Source of the DNA: an uncultured Pseudomonadales bacterium
GTDB lineage: Bacteria > Pseudomonadota > Gammaproteobacteria > Pseudomonadales > Pseudohongiellaceae
DNA: 64,000 nucleotides
Reading direction: 5' to 3'
Assembly: GCA_963925675.1 (NCBI GenBank)
Contig: CAWUSW010000034.1
Span: 2,895-66,894 of the forward strand
Shown here: in pieces, positions 58,727-64,000 of the stretch
How positions within the stretch are numbered: position 1 is the stretch's first letter
How the letters are laid out: each line of letters starts with the position of its first letter
Program-made: the position numbers and the translations under genes
Notes under the pieces: model-generated
What the model saw: the letters and a program-made list of their open reading frames with translations, nothing else
What the model was told of the DNA's origin: nothing
Database searches by the model: none

Positions 58727-60118
58727 TTAAGCAGCTTTTGAGTTGGCTTCTGAACGACGTGCAATGATACCTGTTGCCTGTTCCTCAAGAATCTGAATTA
58801 CACCGTCACTGCGAGACTTCACAATGGTGTGGAACACGATAGTTGGAATTGCAACTACGATACCCAGTACAGTTGTTACCAGTGCACCAGAAATACCACC
58901 AGCCATAATCTGCGGATCACCAGTACCAAACAGGGTGATTGCCTGGAACACAGTAATCATACCGGTCACCGTACCTAGCAGTCCGCCCAGAGGGGCTACA
59001 GTAGCAATAATCTTGAGTAGAGTAAGGAATCTTTCCAGTGGCGGTGTCTCCAGTAGAATTGCTTCCCCAAGTTTCAGTTCAAGGGTTTCAATGTCCATAT
59101 TTGCAGCTGCCTGATAAACCATTAATACACGGCCAAGAGGATTGTTTTTATTTGGACGATCAGCATTTTTCAGCTGACGTTTTACTTTGGCACTAACAAT
59201 AGACAAGGTGATCATTCTTTCAACTGCCAGCAAGGCAGCGAACAAACCAACAAAAATGATGATCTGACCAATTGTTCTACCCTGCTCCCAATATCTTTCC
59301 TGGAATGAAGGTGAACTGATCAATGCTGCCAGATAAGAACCGCCTACGGCTCCAGTCGGGTCAATACCAACCATGGTGAAACCACCGGCAGCACTCTGGA
59401 TGTTAGCGGCTGTATCAGTGTATCTGGCCGGCTGGCTAGGTAAAATGCTTAAACGCTTGGTGTTGGCATCATATTCAACATACTGACCATCGGACACTAT
59501 CTGGTATGAACCAATACGGACAACTTCCTGCTGGCCCTGAGTACCATCTGGTTGTGCCACTGACGTGGTAAAACTAGTGACATTGGCAGATTCAGTCATT
59601 TCCTGCAGCAGGTAAAACCATAATCTTTCCAATTGCTCAATGCTTGGCAGTTGTGATTCATCACCCATAATACCGGCAAGATCTGTCAGGAAGTCTCCAC
59701 GACCAGGAAACTGGGCAGAAATCAGGGATCCTTCAAACTGGCTGCGGGTATCACCAACAACACCGGCAACAGTACCAAACAGCTCATCCAGATCACCCAG
59801 ACGTTCCTGTAATGTTTCAAAACGCTGAGCTTTAATAATTTCATTATTGTTATAGGTGTTTTCCAGGTCGACACTGATACGTTCTTCAGTTTCACGTCGC
59901 TCAACCATTTCGTTAAGCAGTGCCTGACGCTGGTTCACATTAGACTGGAATGTAGACTGACGCTGACGATGCTCTTCAGTTTCGTTCAGTCTTGCCTGCT
60001 CAACCATGTTCAACAAGTCAGTCAGATTAGCTGCCTGCTGCTGGCCGAGGGATACTGATGCAGAAAGACATAATAATGTCGTAGTAAAAATCGTAGTAAA
60101 AATCTTTGCAAGTTTCAT
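58727..60118 (-). CDS. MotA/TolQ/ExbB family protein with long periplasmic N-domain (TtpC-like)
   Basis: Signal peptide, a roughly 270-aa coiled-coil/periplasmic region, then an ExbB-type channel with GGLLGTVTGMI. Confidence 0.8.
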   Translation of the reverse strand: MKLAKIFTTIFTTTLLCLSASVSLGQQQAANLTDLLNMVEQARLNETEEHRQRQSTFQSNVNQRQALLNEMVERRETEERISVDLENTYNNNEIIKAQRFETLQERLGDLDELFGTVAGVVGDTRSQFEGSLISAQFPGRGDFLTDLAGIMGDESQLPSIEQLERLWFYLLQEMTESANVTSFTTSVAQPDGTQGQQEVVRIGSYQIVSDGQYVEYDANTKRLSILPSQPARYTDTAANIQSAAGGFTMVGIDPTGAVGGSYLAALISSPSFQERYWEQGRTIGQIIIFVGLFAALLAVERMITLSIVSAKVKRQLKNADRPNKNNPLGRVLMVYQAAANMDIETLELKLGEAILLETPPLERFLTLLKIIATVAPLGGLLGTVTGMITVFQAITLFGTGDPQIMAGGISGALVTTVLGIVVAIPTIVFHTIVKSRSDGVIQILEEQATGIIARRSEANSKAA

Positions 60119-60124
60119 CGTTGC

Positions 60125-60931
60125 TTACTCCGGCGCTGGAATAGGTAATTCAAGAATTTCCAGAGTGGCCAGATTTTGGGCCATCCTGATAGCGTTGGCG
60201 ACAGGGCGACGATAATCGTCTTCCAGTGTTACCCACTGGTTTGACGTCTTGTCCCATACACCTGTCTGAGTCTGGTCACTTGTCTGGTACAACAGCGCAA
60301 TTCGACCAACTCGAAGAATATCAACGTCACGCTCAGTGCCGCCAACTTCCAATGAGTCTGTATAGTGCTGCATTACCCTTCCGTAATTGATTTCCTGCTG
60401 ATAAGCAGCAAGTACCAAACGGAATTTCTCAGCAACATTGACGCTCGAATCATCAAAAGTATTGCGAATCAGTGCCAGCCTGGCATTTCTTTCATCAAGT
60501 TGAAAAGGCAGGTCGAGAGAGACAAACTGCTCCAGTGCAACCATCATTCTTTCCATCAAGGGTGGAACCTGTCTTTGCAAGGCTGCGGCATCTTCAATTG
60601 AGCGATCATATTGCGCAATTGTCCGTTCCTGCTCGGCAATAGTTCTGCGATAACTTGCGTTATACACTTCCAAGCCGTCGACTATTTTCGCCACTTCCCC
60701 ATATTCCTGCACAAGTTCATCTGCAGCATCAGAGAGTTGATTAATCTGGCGTTGTGCTTGAGCGGCAGTAGCAATTGCTTCACCCGCCATGGCATTCGCC
60801 CTGTCGATAATACTCGTATCTATTACTGTGTCTTGAGCAGACGCAGTCCCGAAACCCAGTAACATGGGTATCATTAATAAAGGAACAAGAATCCTTTGCT
60901 TGAAACGATGGTAGTTCATGTTTAGTCCCAC
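60125..60931 (-). CDS. DUF3450 family periplasmic protein (TtpB-like)
   Basis: Signal peptide plus coiled coil, with the conserved tail LDLPFQLDERNARL...EINYGR... First gene of the cluster. Confidence 0.7.
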   Translation of the reverse strand: MGLNMNYHRFKQRILVPLLMIPMLLGFGTASAQDTVIDTSIIDRANAMAGEAIATAAQAQRQINQLSDAADELVQEYGEVAKIVDGLEVYNASYRRTIAEQERTIAQYDRSIEDAAALQRQVPPLMERMMVALEQFVSLDLPFQLDERNARLALIRNTFDDSSVNVAEKFRLVLAAYQQEINYGRVMQHYTDSLEVGGTERDVDILRVGRIALLYQTSDQTQTGVWDKTSNQWVTLEDDYRRPVANAIRMAQNLATLEILELPIPAPE

Positions 60932-60974
60932 TTGTTTAAGAAAAATCTAAAAAGATGAATAGACTTACGATTAC

Positions 60975-60995
60975 TTATCAATCATCCATTGATAA
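60975..60995. promoter_or_regulatory. AT-rich palindromic operator candidate upstream of the TonB2-type cluster
   Basis: TTATCAAT-catcc-ATTGATAA (perfect 8-bp arms), 44-64 nt upstream of the DUF3450 ATG. Only partially Fur-box-like. Confidence 0.35.
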
Positions 60996-61278
60996 TCCAT
61001 TTTTTTCATGGATATTTACTTGGACTCAAGAAAAGTGACAAAAGTCTAATCGAAAAGGTAAATCCCCAAAATCATAGGCAGGCAGTTTAATTACTACCCA
61101 ACCAACATATTCATTAATATTGTACTAATTAATCATCCTTGAATATATAAGCCCTTTTTTCCCTAAGGCGCCACAGCATATCAAATACTCGTGCGAGATT
61201 GAACACCTTAAGCTCTAAAAAATCAAAGGATTTCTAGGTTTTGTTCGGGTGATTTCAGAGGGTTGTTTTTTTCAAGGT

Positions 61279-61311
61279 AAAAAACGAAAATTGCCCCATA
61301 AAGAGGCAATT
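61279..61311 (-). terminator. rho-independent terminator of sucD
   Basis: The minus strand reads AATTGCC-tctttatgg-GGCAATT followed by TTCGTTTTTT. Confidence 0.8.
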
Positions 61312-61361
61312 GAATATCAGTTAATGATGAAGGGCAGTGACTGGGTAGTCAGAGTATTTAT

Positions 61362-62234
61362 TTACCAGCCAGCAGCCTTTTTAAGCCCTTCACCGATCTC
61401 TGCAAGGCTTCTTACAGTAGTTACACCGGCTTCATTCAGAGCGGCAAACTTTTCATCTGCAGTGCCTTTACCCCCTGAAATAATAGCTCCCGCATGCCCC
61501 ATGCGTTTCCCCGCAGGTGCAGTAACACCGGCAATATAAGACACAACTGGCTTGCTGACATTCGCTTTAATAAATTCTGCAGCTTCTTCTTCAGCCGTGC
61601 CGCCAATTTCTCCGATCATCACTATCGCTTCAGTCTGCTCATCTTTTTCCAGCAGAGAGAGGATATCAATGAAGCTGGAGCCAGGGATTGGATCGCCACC
61701 AATACCAACGCAAGTTGATTGGCCAAAACCGTAATCAGTGGTTTGTTTCACCGCTTCATACGTTAATGTACCAGAACGCGAAACGATTCCTACCTTACCT
61801 GGTAGATGTATATGCCCAGGCATAATGCCAATTTTTGACTCCCCCGGTGTAATCACACCCGGACAATTAGGCCCAATTAAACGTACTCCCAATTCGTCGC
61901 ATTTTACCTTGATCTCGAGCATATCCAGAGTTGGTATTCCCTCTGTTATACATACAATCAGCTTTATTCCGGCAAAAGCTGCTTCCAGAATTGAATCTTT
62001 GCAGAATGGCGCGGGTACATATATTACAGACGCTTCAGCCTGGGTTGCATCAATCGCCTCGCTAACAGTATTAAATACTGGTAGCTCAAGATGAATTTGC
62101 CCACCTTTACCTGGTGTCACGCCTCCTACCATATTAGTCCCGTATTGAATCGCTTGCTCGGAATGATATGTTCCCTGAGATCCGGTGAACCCCTGGCAGA
62201 GTACTCGCGTGTCTTTATTTATAAGAATGCTCAT
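61362..62234 (-). CDS. sucD: succinate--CoA ligase subunit alpha
   Basis: [31 protein letters not shown], and the phosphohistidine loop GHAGAI. ATGA overlap with sucC. Confidence 0.96.
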   Translation of the reverse strand: MSILINKDTRVLCQGFTGSQGTYHSEQAIQYGTNMVGGVTPGKGGQIHLELPVFNTVSEAIDATQAEASVIYVPAPFCKDSILEAAFAGIKLIVCITEGIPTLDMLEIKVKCDELGVRLIGPNCPGVITPGESKIGIMPGHIHLPGKVGIVSRSGTLTYEAVKQTTDYGFGQSTCVGIGGDPIPGSSFIDILSLLEKDEQTEAIVMIGEIGGTAEEEAAEFIKANVSKPVVSYIAGVTAPAGKRMGHAGAIISGGKGTADEKFAALNEAGVTTVRSLAEIGEGLKKAAGW

Positions 62235-63400
62235 TGTGCGCCTCCGGCTGCCTTCACTGCCTGCTGCGCGGCTTCAGTGAGACTATCTGCTGCAATTATA
62301 TTAAGACCACTTTCTGACAAAACCTTTTTACCCAGATCTGCATTATTGCCTTCCAACCTGACGACTACTGGAACTTTTACACCCACTTCCTCAACAGCAC
62401 CCACGATGCCCTCGGCAATAAGATCACAACGTACAATGCCACCGAAAATATTAACCAAGACTGCTTTCACATTTTCATCAGACAAAATAATCTTGAATGC
62501 TTCAGACACTCTTTCCTTGGTTGCGCCGCCTCCCACATCCAAAAAGTTAGCTGGTTCGCCACCGTGAAGCTTTACAATATCCATCGTGCCCATTGCCAAA
62601 CCTGCACCATTAACCATGCAACCGATGCTGCCATCCAGAGCGACATAGTTAAGATCCCAATTGGCCGCATGAACTTCTCTTTCATCATCCTGAGTCGGGT
62701 CATGCATTTCTTTCAAGGTTGGATGACGATAAAGAGAGTTGCCATCAATATTTAGTTTTGCATCAAGACAGTGAAGATTGCCTTCAGTAGTAATTACCAA
62801 GGGATTGATTTCCAGAAGCGCTAAATCACATTCAACAAATAATTTTGCCAGTCCTAAAAATATTTTAGTGAACTGTTTAACCTGATCACCGCTTAGTCCT
62901 AATTTAAAAGCCAGCTCTCTACCCTGAAAGGCTTGTGGTCCCACTAAGGGGTCAATAGTTTCCCGCAGAATTTTTTCTGGTGTTTCATGGGCAACTTTTT
63001 CAATTTCCACACCACCTTCGGTCGAAGCCATAAAGACTATTCTTCTCGAACCACGATCCACAACCGCGCCGAGGTAAAGTTCTTGCGCAATTTCAGTACA
63101 TTCTTCTACCAGAATTTTACATACCGGCTGTCCATCTTTATCTGTCTGATAAGTCACCAGACGTTTACCTAGCCAGTGCTTGGCGAAGTCTTCAATCTCC
63201 TGCTTGCTGCTTACCAGTTTCACGCCGCCGGCTTTACCACGTCCTCCAGCATGAACCTGGGCTTTTACCACCCACTTGTCACCCCCGAGTTTATTTGCGG
63301 CATCAACAGCATCTTTCGGGTTGTCGCAGGCATAGCCTTTGGAAACAGGCAAGCCATAGTCAGCGAAAATTTTCTTGGACTGGTATTCGTGTAAATTCAT
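62231..63400 (-). CDS. sucC: succinate--CoA ligase subunit beta
   Basis: [19 protein letters not shown] and an ATP-grasp domain. 389 aa. Confidence 0.96.
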   Translation of the reverse strand: MNLHEYQSKKIFADYGLPVSKGYACDNPKDAVDAANKLGGDKWVVKAQVHAGGRGKAGGVKLVSSKQEIEDFAKHWLGKRLVTYQTDKDGQPVCKILVEECTEIAQELYLGAVVDRGSRRIVFMASTEGGVEIEKVAHETPEKILRETIDPLVGPQAFQGRELAFKLGLSGDQVKQFTKIFLGLAKLFVECDLALLEINPLVITTEGNLHCLDAKLNIDGNSLYRHPTLKEMHDPTQDDEREVHAANWDLNYVALDGSIGCMVNGAGLAMGTMDIVKLHGGEPANFLDVGGGATKERVSEAFKIILSDENVKAVLVNIFGGIVRCDLIAEGIVGAVEEVGVKVPVVVRLEGNNADLGKKVLSESGLNIIAADSLTEAAQQAVKAAGGAQ

Positions 63401-63445
63401 CAGTATTCCGTTTGTAAGGTGAAATAAATTTTAAAAGTGTCTTGC

Positions 63446-64000
<555 letters not shown>

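Noticed and set aside
60975-60995. Calling the palindrome upstream of the TonB2-type cluster a Fur box
   Set aside because: The best hand alignment to GATAATGATAATCATTATC matches only about 11 of 16 overlapping positions. I report it as a generic operator candidate instead.
62091-62567. 158-aa + strand ORF across the sucC/sucD junction (and 61738-62094, 118 aa)
   Set aside because: It is antisense to two highly conserved genes. Its Ser/Pro/Thr-rich composition is typical of a shadow frame.

Overview
This is a core-chromosome window of a gammaproteobacterium. GC looks mid-40s % by eye and was not computed. The taxon is inference from gene order: usg/asd-fimV-truA-trpF..accD-folC-dedD-cvpA-purF and lpd-sucCD, a Pseudomonas/Oceanospirillales-like synteny. 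I call 58 protein-coding genes. Two are cut by the window edges: topA on the left (absent from the ORF track; found by my own translation) and lpdA on the right. I see no rRNA, tRNA, CRISPR, transposase, integrase or phage genes, and no recognisable transcription factor.

Gene content left to right:
- topA, ilvE, tatD, and a VanY-like M15 peptidase whose signal peptide is out of frame.
- A six-gene Bat-like MoxR/DUF58/DUF4381/vWA/vWA-TPR/BatD operon (+ strand).
- gdhA, then ibpA with a sigma32 promoter and a ROSE-like RNA thermometer.
- A second MoxR/DUF58/TgpA-transglutaminase module, joined to the end of the accD-folC-dedD-cvpA-purF operon.
- trpFBA, truA, fimV, asd/usg, leuCD (no leuB), aroC, prmB, folE, sixA, gpsA, cysE.
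- Three exported proteins of unclear function: a Tat-dependent tandem VOC protein, an endostatin/DUF1554-like secreted protein, and a beta-propeller lipoprotein.
- argS, monomeric icd, a TRAP transporter preceded by a periplasmic methyltransferase, and htpG with a sigma32 promoter.
- A TonB2-type six-gene energy-transduction cluster, then sucCD and lpdA.

I did not find a compelling new multi-gene system such as a defence island. The observations most worth a second look:
- A dispersed family of 7-bp-period (Y/A)AAGT arrays at three intergenic loci.
- A nested REP-like hairpin cluster inside the TRAP operon.
- The exported VOC / endostatin-like / propeller trio with an 18-bp perfect palindrome in its control region.
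- The purF-MoxR-DUF58-TgpA fusion of operons.
- The T6-tract frameshift that separates a Tat-like signal peptide from its M15 peptidase.

All domain calls come from reading the translated ORFs against remembered family motifs. No searches were run.
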